Assembly (NCBI GenBank): GCA_951406725.2
Contig: OX597825.1
Coordinates: 43,710,001-43,774,000 of the forward strand
DNA length: 64,000 nt
Direction of reading: 5' to 3'
Origin: Octopus vulgaris
Lineage: Eukaryota
Below the pieces are notes generated by a model that worked only from the letters and a program-made list of their open reading frames with translations, searched no databases and was not told the origin of the DNA. Position numbers and translations under genes: made by a program. This document shows positions 1 to 14,456 of this stretch, piece after piece; the stretch's first letter is position 1; every line of letters begins with the position of its first letter.

Positions 1-398
1 TGTCAGTTGTTTGACCTTAACCAGTTGACCATGTCCCTTAGTGGCTGATGATATGTGCATCTCTGATCAGGATCAGAAGTAGTGGGGGAGCATCATAGCC
101 ATGTGTTGAAAGGAATTCTTAGAGGTTTGGATAATTCACCTTTGGAAACATGGGTGGCTCGTTCTAACATCCTTAAACAATCCTTATTCAGGGACCTTTT
201 GAGCGGGATAGGCTACTCGACCAGAAGAAAATTCTAACTGGGCCCCACCTGCAAGGTCATGCGCTGTTTATCTTGATATGAGATCACCATGTCGCCCACA
301 TATGGTTGTGATGCATGTGTCTGGTGTACTCTTATCAGACAGGTAGTCATGATGGGTATACTGGGCTTCGTATATTTTACCCCAGTGTCACTTTGATG
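1..398 (-). repeat. Fragment of an interspersed repeat (probable LINE-associated non-coding segment), cut by window start
   Basis: Minus strand 'gccatcaaagtgacactggggtaaaatatacgaagcccagtatacccatcatgactac...' resembles a high-copy octopus repeat recalled from memory; no ORF; family not assigned. Confidence 0.45.
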
Positions 399-1000
399 GC
401 CCATTCACGCTGGCCATTCTTGTCACATTCCCCCACTGTTCAAGGAACTTACTGAGTGACAGTACCTTCCTCTCCAGCCTCATATTCCTTTTCAGGTGGA
501 ACCTGAAAAAGTCAATGAGGCCTTGGCCAAAGAGAAAGGTACCCTTCTTCAACTCTTTCAATCGCGTCCACCACACAGCCGCTTTTGCCATAGCCGCCAA
601 ACAGAGAAAAATTGTCCTCCGTTCGCGGCCAAAGGAAGGAGGCAGTGCGATCTTCACAATGGACTCGGACGATATCCGGGTCCATCCTACACGTGAAAAT
701 AACTGTTCGCCAAAGCTTCACAAGTCAGCAATGTGCGAACACTGTACGAGAGCATGCAGAACGGTTTCATCGCTCCACATGCACCTCGGACAAGCCCTAC
801 TGACTGTCATGGACAAGCCCGTTCAGAAATCTTTTGATTGATCAAAACTGAGCAGGGCCCCACTCACCCCTATTTCTTTACCCACTTTCTCTATGATGTA
901 TCGCATAAGGTGTTGGTGAATAGTTCTGTTCAATATGCTGCTTGTTTGTGCATCACCATTTAGATCAGCGAGGGCGAGTGTAAGCCTTTTTGATAAGAGG
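399..1000 (-). mobile_element. Degraded Tx1/L1-clade non-LTR ORF2 fragments (RT motif fused by deletion to C-terminal CCHC region)
   Basis: Translations 'HLMRYIIEKVGKEIGVSGALLSFDQSKDF' (RT motif LxxDQSKAF) immediately followed by 'CPRCMWSDETVLHALVQC' and 'FLCLAAMAKAAVWWTRLK...FFRFHLKRNMRLERKVLS'; homologous to 30540-32370. Confidence 0.75.
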
Positions 1001-1309
1001 TCAGTCAAAATTTTAAAATCTCAGTTTAGCAAAGAAAATTATGCTAAATTATGCTATGTTATTGCTCTTGTAAGGATTTTTCCTCATCAGTACTACGCTA
1101 TCTCAAGTCACAAAACTGGAAATTCTCCCGTCTTGATACCAGTTGCTGTAGATAACTGCCAAGAAGTTTCCAAACAATTTTGTCATATAAAAGTAAATCT
1201 CGTAGTTTGTATGGACAAACTAAGTCAATTTGCTCACCGTACAGCCTCCCAATGTTTCCATATTTCTGCGGATTTTATCGCTGAGATCGCAGCCGATTGT
1301 TAAGGTAAG

Positions 1310-1530
1310 CACTAATGTCCATCCTGCGCTCTGGCCAGCCATTCGTCCCGAAAAGTCAACCAAAGCCTACAACACATCTGCTAGGGTTTGAGTAAGCCAC
1401 AGAAGAATAAATTGTTTTCTTGTCCTGTTGCACCTCAGCCATCGTGCCTATCGTAAAGTTTTTGTCTCCTCGTGTCTTATAGCACGCACGAAAGCTTTGG
1501 GCCTTTGGGCTTTGCTTTCATCAATTGATC
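1310..1530 (-). mobile_element. Possible short Tx1-like ORF2 fragment (EN-RT linker)
   Basis: Minus 'VRAIRHEETKTLR*AR' loosely matches 'QLAMRREGIKAARW' at 25558-25806. Confidence 0.35.
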
Positions 1531-2181
1531 GCCGTGGGCACGTCGGTTACGGTGCGTAAAAGCCAACCATTTTTGCATCGCATTGTTACAGGCGATGAAA
1601 AATGGATTAACAATAACAAGCGTTCTGCACGGTGGCTGGATAGAGACGAAGTGCCAAAACACAATCCAAAAAACAAAATATTCACCAAAAAAGAGCTAAT
1701 TGTGTCTGTTTGGTGGTCCAGCGCTAGTGTCCTCCACTACAGCTTCATGAGACCTGGTAAGTCAATTACAGCAGATGTATATATCATTTGTGATGAAATG
1801 ATGAGCGAACTTGCAATTAAACAACCGAGATTGACCAAGAGAAACAGGCCAGTTCTCTTACAAAACAATGCTTGACCACATGTTCTACAAAAACTCTACT
1901 CTAGTTACAGGAACTGAACTTGGAAGTATTCTGTCATCCACCCTATTCAGCTAACCTTGCACCAACTATCATATTTTCCAGGAATTAGACAGGGGAAAAA
2001 CTTCAAATATGAAGATGCAAAAACTGCCTTCCGTGATTTCATCACCGCTTGTCTTCCAGAATTATTCGCTGTCGGCATAAATAAGCTACCGATAAAATGG
2101 CAAAATTGTATTGATAATTTAGGTGAGATAAAGTAAAACTTTCAGTTCAAAATCAGAAATCTCATTCTTACTGACCTGATA
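1530..2181 (+). mobile_element. Mariner transposase remnant with right end
   Basis: 'FLHRIVTGDEKWI', 'VSVWWS', 'LLQNNA*PH' and 'HPPYSANLAP' motifs; TIR-like end 'cttactgacctga' + TA at ~2181; weak complementary end 'aggtcagtcaaaat' near 998. Confidence 0.85.
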
Positions 2182-2751
2182 GTATAGTGAGCTGAACCAG
2201 CAACATAATGTCTATTTAAAGCAAAACAACAGAGGTAATGAGATTTTTGGCTTATAACTTTTAAACAGCACCCTATTCGCTCCACCAAATGTGAATCTCT
2301 GATGCACCATAATTATGCATAAAGGTTTCTTCTCTAATTAAGATCTCTTGGGAGTTGAGTAACCTAAAGCAACAAACAATAACAACAAAACAACAACAAA
2401 AGGTTAAATGAAAAGAAATTTGGCTGAAGAATGAAATGATTTATTTTGAATTGTTTAATTGTTCCGATGTCCGCCAAATGGAACCGCAACCAAACTACAT
2501 AAGTAGCACATTTGGCAGTCTGACAAATTAATTTTATACTTTAAAATTTCTAATCTTCACCTTGTTATATATTTCATGTTGTTAACGCAACTACTGTTAC
2601 TGTTGGTAGAGCTATTGTTGCTTGTGATTTGTTTGGTATCTTTTGTTGAGGATCAGGCTATCATTTCATATATAGACACGTGGCACAATTCAGGTATATG
2701 TGTGTATGAGTGTGTGCATATGCGTAGCCATGCGTGTATGCACACATGTAA

Positions 2752-2795
<44 letters not shown>

Positions 2796-2889
2796 CACAC
2801 ATATACACGTGTGTGTTTATAAAAAATTAAAAATTACAGAAACCAGGTATGGTATTCAATGCTGTATGTAGTTTTTATGTATATATGTG

Positions 2890-3180
2890 TGAGGATGCAT
2901 GACCTAGTGGTTAGGATGTTGCTTTCACTATCGCATGGTCGTGGTTACAATTACTGGACAGGTAGTGAGCTGTGTTCTTGAGCAAAACATTTCACATCAT
3001 GTTATTCTGCGAATACTTCAACATCTGAGGTGTGTACACAGTACACTTGTTCAGGCAACGTCAATCAGTTGGAGGGAGTGAGCTAATGTACAACACGTAC
3101 ATTTGATCACTATATAAATAAATCATTTGTGCAGGTTGATCAGCAAGAAATTGCAGAACCGTCTTTCTCAGACTACGAGG
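2890..3180 (+). mobile_element. tRNA-derived SINE (degraded)
   Basis: A-box-like 'tgacctagtggttagg', B-box-like 'ggttacaatt', body 'gttcttgagcaaaaca'; related copy at 48148. Confidence 0.7.
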
Positions 3181-3398
3181 GAATACATGCGAATACAGTA
3201 GTCATGGCAGGCATAAAGATGTTGCATATAATTGTCAAGTAAAGTGTAAGTGGTGGGTAGGAGGAAGGTGTGTCAGCGAATGTATGTAGGAGTGTGAGTA
3301 GGTATACCTTATGTTACAGTTGGGTCTTTATACGCGCATTTGCAAACAGAATGGATGTGTAAGTTGTTATCTGTGTGAAGTAGCTAGAGTGTAAATAG

Positions 3399-3409
3399 AG
3401 TGTGTGTGT

Positions 3410-3476
<67 letters not shown>
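3399..3476. repeat. (GT)n(GA)n compound microsatellite
   Basis: Seen directly. Confidence 0.95.
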
Positions 3477-3478
<2 letters not shown>

Positions 3479-3790
3479 GTTTGGGTGTGTGGTGTGGCAG
3501 TGATTGTGAACGTGTTTGTATGGAAACGGTGCAAAAATATTGAAAGCATAAGACGTTGCGTTGTTGTGGCTATAAGTGGTTTTGACTCTTATTTCTAGCA
3601 ATACTGGTGCTGAATAGCGCCCTCAGTCGCTTTAGTGACATATATATTTTTGCTTTTCGGTTGAAAAATTGCGAACAAACCAGTCTTATTATTTATAATT
3701 TACACCTTTATCATTTATGAAATCAGCGTATGACGGTGATCTGATAAGCTGGCAAAGGTAGTTGGGTTTAACCTAAGGCGCCGTTGAGGA

Positions 3791-3835
3791 CCACTGATGA
3801 GCGTTAATGTAAACGCAAAATCACTGGTGATCTGG
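3791..3835 (+). ncRNA. Minimal type I hammerhead ribozyme motif, probably inactivated (GAAA to AAAA)
   Basis: cca-CTGATGA-gcgtt(aatgta)aacgc-AAAA-tcac(tg)gtga-TC-tgg; all three stems pair, but G12 is replaced by A at 3817. Confidence 0.65.
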
Positions 3836-4195
3836 CTATCCCCAGTTCTTAGGGAACTCGCTTCCCTTGTCAGTAAATAAGACGGTGAGTTATTGTGGTT
3901 ATGAGTTGTTTTGACTCTTATTTCTAGCAATACTGGTGCTGAGTAAGCGCCTTCAATCGCTTTAGCGGCGTATATATTTTTTCCTTTCTGTTGAAAAGTT
4001 GCTAACAATCCACCCTTATATATAGGCAGATGCCGAATTTCTCGATGTAAAATACCAAGGCTGGTTCCTTCAGCCAATGCTGAGTTGTGAAAAACAGCTC
4101 ATCGATGATCATCATGGTTTACTACAACTGTTACCAAGCCTAATTCAAACTAATAACGGTGGGAAATTCCTCTTCGAGGAATGTCCTATTTATAC

Positions 4196-4284
4196 ATCCT
4201 GAAGAGGTAGTACTAATAAAGCATAAATCGCTGCATATAAATATGCAACAACATGCAATTAAGGCGATCGAAACACGTGTCGGA
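4196..4284 (+). ncRNA. Hammerhead-like motif with long stem II insert
   Basis: CTGAAGA (4199-4205)-ggt...atc-GAAA-cacgtg-TC-gg; palindromic stem III acacgtgt; stem I weak. Confidence 0.45.
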
Positions 4285-4367
4285 CAATTATTATGAATAA
4301 ACCAACTGTAAATAAACATTAAGTTTGGATGTTCAAATTCTTCATTCTCCTTATCAATATTGTACTT

Positions 4368-4435
<68 letters not shown>

Positions 4436-5689
4436 ATGGGCATTTAACTCAATTCTTACCTAAACACATGCATAAATTAATGTAGGTGTCGATGAAATAT
4501 AACTAATACTTATATCTGTTAATTGATCTACTTTCTATACTGATCAGCACAGCATGTACAAGATATATCACCGTCACATACATACAGATTTATAAGTGAA
4601 AGCGATGAGAAATAAACTGTTCACAGGCTTTTTTGTTGTTTTGTTCTTTTTTTGTCTTTTTAGTGTGAGGTGGGGGTGGTTTCCCTGTCAAGTACATAAA
4701 GAACTTTTAAGATGTGAATTGTCTGCACACGAGAAATGAACCTGGTTCGTGACGTTGTGGTACATAACTCTCTATATTTGCCTATCATCTTAAATACAAT
4801 AATATGAGTAATAAACCAAACAAACTTCAATTACTTATTTGTGTATTGTTCTTTTCATCTATTTTTATTTTCCTCTTTTCTTTTCACATCATTCTATTTT
4901 CTTATCTTTTTTGTTTTTGTTTTTTGTTTTGTTTTTTGGGGTTGTTTTTTTTTTCAAATTATCTGCTTGATGTTTTTCTTCAAACGATACCATTTTCATT
5001 CCATAAACATAAACGAAAGACCTGCAATTATCCGGAAGATAGAACCATATTTATGTATGTTTATGAACAAATTGCTATTCTGTCTATTCGATTTCTGCTC
5101 GGGGGTTGTTGATTCTTTATGGAAGAAACCATTGTACAGTCATCAAATCATTCGATCCCATCAATGACTGATTGCTTTTTTTTTAATGATTATCTAGCCA
5201 ATCTCAGTTCAGTTTCTTGAAATTCTTAGCCTCCAAGCCATCAAATAAACATTCCTATGTTTGTGACCCGTTCAAATGATCAAAGTATACGAAGAAGAGT
5301 TCAGGAAACACATATAGACATACACTAAATAAACACATTTGTATAAGTGTGTATAAATAGATACATACATTTATGTGTGTATGTGTGTGTGTGTGTACGC
5401 ACGCGCGTAAGACAACTAAAATAATAATTACATATCTACACAGTTTTTATTATGACAATCATTAATAAAGTATATAGTTAATTTAAACCGCCGTCTGACA
5501 TATTTTGCTGCATAGATATCTTGCTATGTAGTTTTTATTTGATCCTTGTTTCTTCGTCTTCATCTAGATTTTATCCTGGTTTAGAACGTGTCAATGCAGC
5601 TTTATTGCAGGTGTTGCCACTATTAAAGTTTGATGTAAACTCTTCCTTTTAAACTTTGATAATGGTAGCAACTTGAATAGATATATTTT

Positions 5690-6440
5690 TAAAACACACG
5701 ATCTATTGTCACTCCTGCTGCTCCTATTCTACCTCCTGTTCCACTTCTTGTTTCTGGGGATACCTCGCTTGCATGTGGCCCCGTACTCCACAGTGGTAGC
5801 AGATGGGGGGGGGGGTCTTCCCTTCCACTGCCATTCTTAGTTTGACCTCCTCCGGTAACAATCTTATCTACAATTTTATGCAGATCCGGGACACTGATTT
5901 CAACCGTCACCTCAAGGCCGTATCCAAACCAATTCACCTCTGTTGTCCTCATGACCTTCAGGACATTGGTTTCCTCCTCGGCGTTGAAGAGGATAGCCGC
6001 CACCAGCCACGTTTCTGGGGGCATTCTGCCAATCCTAATTCTGGCCGCACGTTTGCCACAGCAGGTTGACAGTAGTGCTCATTCATCCGACCAGTGGAGC
6101 ACTTTATTGCGTCTTCTTCGGTCGCAAACCGTACCTCCACTGTGCCGTACTTCTTGCCTCTGGTGTAGTACGTGGTAAGGTGCTTCACCTCCTTGAGGCA
6201 CCCCTCCATGGCTTCAATGGTTGCTATTTCCACCTTTTTGCTGATATTAGACAGTGTTATATAAACAACTGTTCTTTTCGCTGTTTCATCTAATATTTCT
6301 TTTGGTGGGGGTCAGTATCAGGCTGTTTCCTTCTTTAACAATTAGCTCGTTACCTTTTTTTTTAGTCTTCGTTCTTCGAGTTTTATTTCCTTTACTTGCG
6401 CAACGTCGCTATTTACATTCCATCCTGCTGCTGTAGCGTA
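5690..6440 (-). mobile_element. Solitary degraded Tx1-like ORF1 (RRM-like region plus CCHC knuckle), same family as the 25.5-36.7 kb array
   Basis: 'YYTRGKKYGTVEVRFATEEDA', 'PPETWLVAAIL', 'NWFGYGLE', 'PICYHCGVRGHMQARYP'; frameshifted. Confidence 0.8.
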
Positions 6441-7401
6441 GCTGAGGGCTGGTTGAATGTCCATAACTTCGTTGGTCACAAATTGCATGAAATGTATTTT
6501 GTTTGTTGGTGAGTATTTGTGTGTGTGTGTGTAAGCGCGCAGACGTGGTTAGATAGAATGTTTCTTGCAACCAATAGCGCTATTGGTCCCACTATTGAAT
6601 ACTTTTCTCCATGTAATATATTTAGTGACACATCTTGGAAAGGTGAATGTTTTTGTTTTGTTTTTGCGTTTTTCACCTTGCCAAAGCTGATGAATTAAAT
6701 ACCAGCTATATATTTAAGTTGACACAGTCAACGGTTAACCTCGTGTACAAATCTTGTGTAAGTGTCGATTTACAATTTAAAACACTCATTATCGTTCATA
6801 TCAGTTTATATACGACTTAGAGCTTTTCTACAGCAAACTTTCAGTAAAAGGAAGTAACCATTAAATGTTTTCACAGTATCAATTTATTTATAAACGGACA
6901 TGTATGCATGCATTAAGCATATGAGAGTGTGTTTTGAAAATATGTTATTTCTTAAATTGCTCTATCTTATCTAATGTTATTGCGTTTTATAAAAACTTCT
7001 GAAAACATACACATACAGCTCTCGATTAACTATTAAGCACAATAAGCACTTGCTTAGGGCATCAAGGGAAAGGGCACCAAAGAAGTAGTAAATGGTTTAT
7101 GATACAAGAGAAATCTTTTTAAACTTGCTAAGACATTTGAAGTGGTCGAGGTGATCATGGTATGATAGTGACATCATATAAAAGTGACCAATCATAAACA
7201 AAATTGGCAGAGTTTATGATTTATATTCGCGCTGCTAGGCATCATTTACCAGTCAGTTTTATGCGGTGGTGAATGGGGTTTGAGTCGGGTGTTTATTTCT
7301 CGGCAAATTTACAGAGATAACACAATAATTTATAATGAAAATACCAGATTATGACTCAAATGATTCCCTTACTCCCTATCTGCCTTACTCTCTCTTTCCC
7401 C

Positions 7402-7530
<129 letters not shown>

Positions 7531-7793
7531 GAATATGAGGTTTACTTTACTGGTGATCTAAACCACTAGGTACGCTGCGTAAGTACAATAATTGGTCATC
7601 CGTTAGGTTCCAAGCTCACAGCTGAGGCTGGAGCAAGGGATCTGTAGTAGGCTTCTGAATCATCAGGTATTTATTAAAGAAAAAGGAAAACAAAAGCAAG
7701 GCAGAATGAGTATCTCTGGACATTTAGAATATTTAATTTAAAATATTTAATCAGGATAATGTGAATCAAGAACGGAGAAGTAGAACTAATTAA

Positions 7794-7871
7794 TGTCTTA
7801 CACCTGTTTCTGGGATTGTCCAGGTAATGGGTTACCACCCTAATATACTGGGTATTCCGTCATCAGTGACA
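7794..7871 (-). ncRNA. Degenerate hammerhead-like motif with extended stem II
   Basis: Minus: tgtca-CTGATGA-cgg..ccag..gggt(ggta)accc..ctgg..cca-GAAA-caggtg-TA-agaca; stem III is one change from palindromic cagctg. Confidence 0.5.
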
Positions 7872-9284
7872 AGGTTTGTATGCAGGAAAGATCCATACAG
7901 AGAACTCACTGTATATAGAAGAATAAAACAGTAGGTAGAAGAATAAAGATAGAAGAATAAAGCTCACAGTTCATCTTGTTCCGGAAGGTGTGGAAGTTAG
8001 TCCATGTTTTCGTGAGGATATAACCCCTTAAATATAATCTCAGGTAAATCAAGGCAGTATTTCGAATGATGCCTTCAGATGGAAAGAATAGATCGAATAG
8101 TTAACGCAAAAGAAAAATGGTCCGCAATAGAGAAGCTCCTGAAACTTGTCTCTCGAGTGCCATTGCCCCTCGATTCTGAATATAACATAGCACATCCACC
8201 CCTAGCCCCCACCCTACGGACACGACAGGTATACATAACAAAGATACTAATATGAGCCAACCCCCAAATACTACCTAGACTTCAACTTGCCCATAAATAG
8301 TACGACATCATTCCTATCCGCATTTAACCCACGTAGGACAGATAGATCCAGCTGCAATTGCCGATCTGGGACCAAATCCCCGCTGCAAACCATTGTAGAA
8401 AATTTAACGTTGTGTATAAGTGTACTGTCCACAACATACTGCACAGTTCTGCTAGCCATTGCAAAGGGTCTATAATTAATTTTAAGTAGAGATATTCCGT
8501 ACATCTGAATTCATTTAGATATGAGCATAGCAAATCCACTTCCCTAGTCAACCATATACAGCACTTGATAAATAAGAAAATACCATATAGGATAACCTGG
8601 GCATAATAGATTCTAGTGTCCCATACCAAGGTCACTGCTCTACATATGACTCTGCCTTACGGAAGCCCACCAAATATTAGTTCATGATTTATCACAATTA
8701 CTTAATATACATCATGAAGCATTCTCTTCCTGCTAACATAAATTCTACTGTACCTTTAGGTTCTTCCACAGGTCCAAGTGCAAGCAAAATCAAGACATGT
8801 CACCTGCTTCTCTACATTCACAATCGTAACAATATACGTACGTATTCCCTTCATTAATACCTTTTACCTCAAAATACGCCAGCTGCACTAAAGTTAGGCA
8901 TCTATTTCTAGCATTTCAGCTCTCTTTAGCGACCATTAAACTAAAGTTAAATATTCTTTCTGACCACGCTGAACCACGAATTCATCTATCCATTTAATTT
9001 CCCGTTAGTGACCATAAATGCTGTCTGCTTTCCTCCTCCGCTTTACCAAAACCTTAACCCCTGACCTCTCACCCCGAACCTACCCTGACGAAGAAGAATA
9101 CCAGCCTTTTACCCTTTTATCGTTATCTTTATATTTCGCTCTCATTCTTTTTATTTCCTTTACTTATCCTCTTTACCGTCCTTACATTTTTATCTTTATC
9201 TTAATTTTCCATCCTTTGATTCATGGCGTAGTTGCTTCGCAGTAAGATTATTTAATTCTGGATGTAGATCGTACCAATATGATT

Positions 9285-9494
9285 TTAATCTTGATTCATA
9301 TAGCCAACAGCGTGGTTTTGTTTCGCTATTTCGTAACAATTAAATAGATCATTATTCAATTCATGACTCCAAGAGAAATGAGTTTTGTTGTTACGGTTTC
9401 TTCCATAACTACAGCTAGAAAGAATTTCTTTACCTGTTGAGCTGTTGTTTTCGTTCTGTTCCTCGATTGAATTGTTGATGTTGTGAACGGCCAT
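9285..9494 (-). mobile_element. Probable 5' fragment (ORF N-terminus) of an R4/Dong-clade non-LTR element
   Basis: 'FSWSHELNNDLFNCYEIAK...GYM' matches the W-x-x-E-x-N-x-x-h-x-x-C-Y...GY pattern I recall at R4/Dong N-termini. Confidence 0.5.
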
Positions 9495-10693
9495 GTTGTT
9501 TGTAGTAATTCTCTGTATATACTAAATTCAAGTTTCAGTCGAAAATCGCGACGATCGTGAATAAAACGCTCCCTCAGTTACTTCATCTGAAGATTAACCA
9601 GTTATTTAATAAGGCTCCAAAGTCGGAGATAGTATTCATCGCATTTTCGATAAATAGTTTCCCACGCCAAATACGCGACTTGTCGCTTCGAATATGTATG
9701 TATGTATGTATGTATATAAAGGGCTGGAAAGAAAGAAAACAAAAAGAAAAGTTAGACAAAAGCACAGTAAACGAAATCTAAACAGATGGGAAATTAGACA
9801 ACGACAAGATATACAGAGTATTCGCGGCTGAGTTTTCCTCTTCAATCAAAGACGCAAAATATCATAGCAATTTCATGCCAATTGCCTTTGATACTGCTCA
9901 ATTTTGCAGGCGCCAGTGCTTTTATTAAGCTACTGGGAAAAACCTAGCGAATGTGAGCTAAGACAGAAACAAACAAAACATTATATAAATATAACAGACA
10001 ACGAATTATGTATATACAACAGCACGAAGCCTTACGGCTATATACAAACGGCTATATATAAAAAAAATAATAATTATACATATACCACAAATACAACAGA
10101 AAGAGTTTTACAGCTGTCGAACGAACTGAGTGGAGCTGCGCAAAGAGGAAATAGAGTAAGTCCTAGAGGACAGAACGGACGTAGCAGAAACCTAGGTCAG
10201 CGTGACCAGTCTGGTCAAAGGTAGAGCGAAAAAGAATGACACCACTTTTACCGAGCATCGATCACGTGGTATGAAAGAGGAAGTGTTGAAAGAGGGAAAT
10301 AGGGGACGACAGAGAGAGAGAGAACGAAGGAGCAGAGGTAGAAAGAGAAGGAAAATGACAGAGCGAGAGAGATTGGAGGATCAGAGTAAGAAACAGAGAG
10401 AGGGGAACGTGCAAAGGAGGCAAGTGAGGGAGGAAAGAGAGGGTAAGAATGGAGAAAGAGAGAATGAAATTAGGGGTTGCAAAAGATAGAGTAAGAGTGA
10501 AAATGGGGGAAACATACAGAGAGAGAGAGAAAAAACGAAAAAGAAAAGAAGACAGAGAGAGAAAGAGTGGAGAAAAATACAGGGTAAGAGTGGAGATAGA
10601 GTAAAGAGTAGCACAAAAATATTCAAGGAATATTTTTTTTTTACAATAAGTAAACAAACTATATGTATCAAGAGTATATCTATATATATATGC

Positions 10694-10791
10694 ATGGTAA
10701 AATTACCTAAATTTTATGGTAATTGTTAAACTGCTCGACCTTATGGTAAAATTACCTAAATTTCACGGTAATTGCTAAACTGCTCGACTTT
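10694..10791. repeat. 49-bp tandem duplication
   Basis: 'atggtaaaattacctaaatttyayggtaattgytaaactgctcgacytt' twice. Confidence 0.9.
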
Positions 10792-10944
10792 ACCATTACC
10801 GAAAAAGGTCGTACTGGAATCTACTTGTAATTACCAAACCTAACTTATTTTCAAAGGCAATCCAAAACGTGTACTTAAGTCAATTTAGTCATATTTAGTC
10901 AGGAGGATTTCGGTAAGAGACATCTGTTTTACTTTGGTTTTACT

Positions 10945-11150
10945 TTGGGGCAATCTGATATGGAACGCTTCCAGTTGTCTGATCTGATGCCAATAAAGGG
11001 TCTAACACTCAGACCAATACAGAAAGATGGATACACAGACAGCTCGATAAACGGAAGCTTCCGTTCTTGCTCTAAGGTTCTTGTTCTGAAAGATCTTTAG
11101 GTGAGTTTCCCGAAAGATGCAGAGACCAAGTTGTTCCGATGGTTCATTAA
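10945..11150 (-). mobile_element. RTE-clade LINE fragment
   Basis: Minus 'SASFGKL...FQNKNLRARTEASVYRAVCVSIFLYWSEC*TLYWHQIRQLEAFHIR'. Confidence 0.75.
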
Positions 11151-11420
11151 AAATATTCATTTAAAGTCCTGTCGGTTGCGTGGATTGATCTTAAGACAAA
11201 AACATTTACACTTCTTTAATATATCCATCGACTGTTTATAACCTCTTTAAATCGTGTAATAAAATATATGTAAATGTTGTCGGGACCGTTGTCTCTCTTT
11301 ATTTATAAATTTCCCATTGAGAAACTTTCAATTTAAAATGAATTAATTATGCCTTAACTTTCAGAAATGTTTAAACACCGTTTGTTTGTTTAAAACCCAG
11401 TTACTATTTTATTTTCAACA

Positions 11421-11463
11421 ATTATTATTATCATTATTATCATTATTATTATTATTTTTATTA

Positions 11464-11513
<50 letters not shown>

Positions 11514-11528
11514 TTTTTTTTTTTTTTA

Positions 11529-11575
<47 letters not shown>

Positions 11576-11582
11576 TATTATT

Positions 11583-11638
<56 letters not shown>
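11421..11638. repeat. (ATT)n/(ATC)n microsatellite
   Basis: Seen directly. Confidence 0.95.
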
Positions 11639-12006
11639 TCTGTTAATCTAATCCAGATGATGATGGAGAGAAGTGAAAATAGGCATTTGTAACAACTGCT
11701 TGGGATTTGAGTGGAAGACCAGCCATATTGCAGGGAAGGGATTTTGTGGCTATCATCCACCTCTGTTGGCGACCTCTCTCACATCAAATTACTTGTTAGG
11801 CAAATACATCTCCGAAATAGACCTTACTATTTGCTTATTTTCGTTAACATGAAGTTTACCGTCGTAAAATTGTGAAAGTAAAATGTTCTTAAAATATGAG
11901 AGTATGTTGCGATAGATACCGAAGTGATAAAAGTGACATCTCGTAATTTGTAAAATAATTGTAGAAGACAATATTGAGTGTGCCTTCCAAATATTTCTAA
12001 TATTAA

Positions 12007-12288
12007 TACTCTTTTACCTGTTTCAGTCATTTCACTGTTGTCATGCTGGAGCACCGCCTTTAGTCAAGCAAATCAACCCCAGAACTTATTCTTTGTGAGC
12101 CTAGTACTTATGCTATCGGTCACTTTTGCCGAACCGCTAAGTTACGGGGACGTAAACACACCAGCATTGGTTGTCAAGTGATGTTGGGGGGACAAACAGA
12201 CACACAAACATATATACATATATACGACGGGCTTCTTTCAGTTTCCGTCTACCAGATCCACTCACAAGGCTTTGGTCGGCCAGAGGCT
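12007..12288 (-). mobile_element. SINE family 1, 5'-truncated
   Basis: Shares 'tgtttcagtcatt...catgctggagcaccgcctttagtc...ttgccgaaccgctaag' with copies at 29503, 61862 and 62862. Confidence 0.85.
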
Positions 12289-12539
12289 GAGTGTCCATAT
12301 TAAAAATCCCTACAGAGGAACTATACAAAGCAGGCTGGATACCTCATATCTATAAAGTATAGAAGCAAATGCGTTACGTAAGGTTAGTTTCGAGGATCTT
12401 ATCGATTTTGCAATTAAAACAAGAAAGAGAAAACTTTTCAAATATAAATAAAGTTGAAGTATACAAAAATGAACATTATTTTCCATTGTATTGGAATTTG
12501 TACACAGAGCATAAATAATAACAGCAACAATAATAATAA

Positions 12540-12745
12540 TCCTTTCTACTACAGGTACAGGGTCTGAAATTTGGGGGGCTAGTCAACTGCATCGACCCCC
12601 GTGGTGAACTGGTACTTATTTTATCGAACCTGAAAAATGACAGGCAAAGTCGACCTTGGTGAAATTTGAACTCAGAACATAAAGATGGAAGAAATACTGT
12701 TAAGCATTTCGCCCGGTGTGCTAACGATTCTACCAGATCGCCGCT
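12540..12745 (-). mobile_element. SINE family 2 (tRNA head, Meta/MESC-like core)
   Basis: Reverse complement of the 49098 copy ('ggcgagctggc...ttcaaattccgcc...gtcgactttgcctttcatcc...gataaa.taagtaccag'). Confidence 0.85.
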
Positions 12746-12762
12746 TTAACAACAACAATAAC

Positions 12763-14456
<1,694 letters not shown>

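Larger units (their letters stand above)
3548..4370 (+). mobile_element. Penelope-type / retrozyme-like non-coding repeat with partial tandem duplication and two hammerhead-like cores
   Basis: Diverged ~140-bp direct repeat 3548-3689 / 3877-4019 (period ~329); hammerhead-like motifs at 3791 and 4196; AATAAA, then (TA)n flank. Confidence 0.55.

Noticed and set aside
10202-10695. R/E/K-rich and L/S/F-rich ORFs
   Set aside because: Purine-rich low-complexity sequence, with no domain or splice support.
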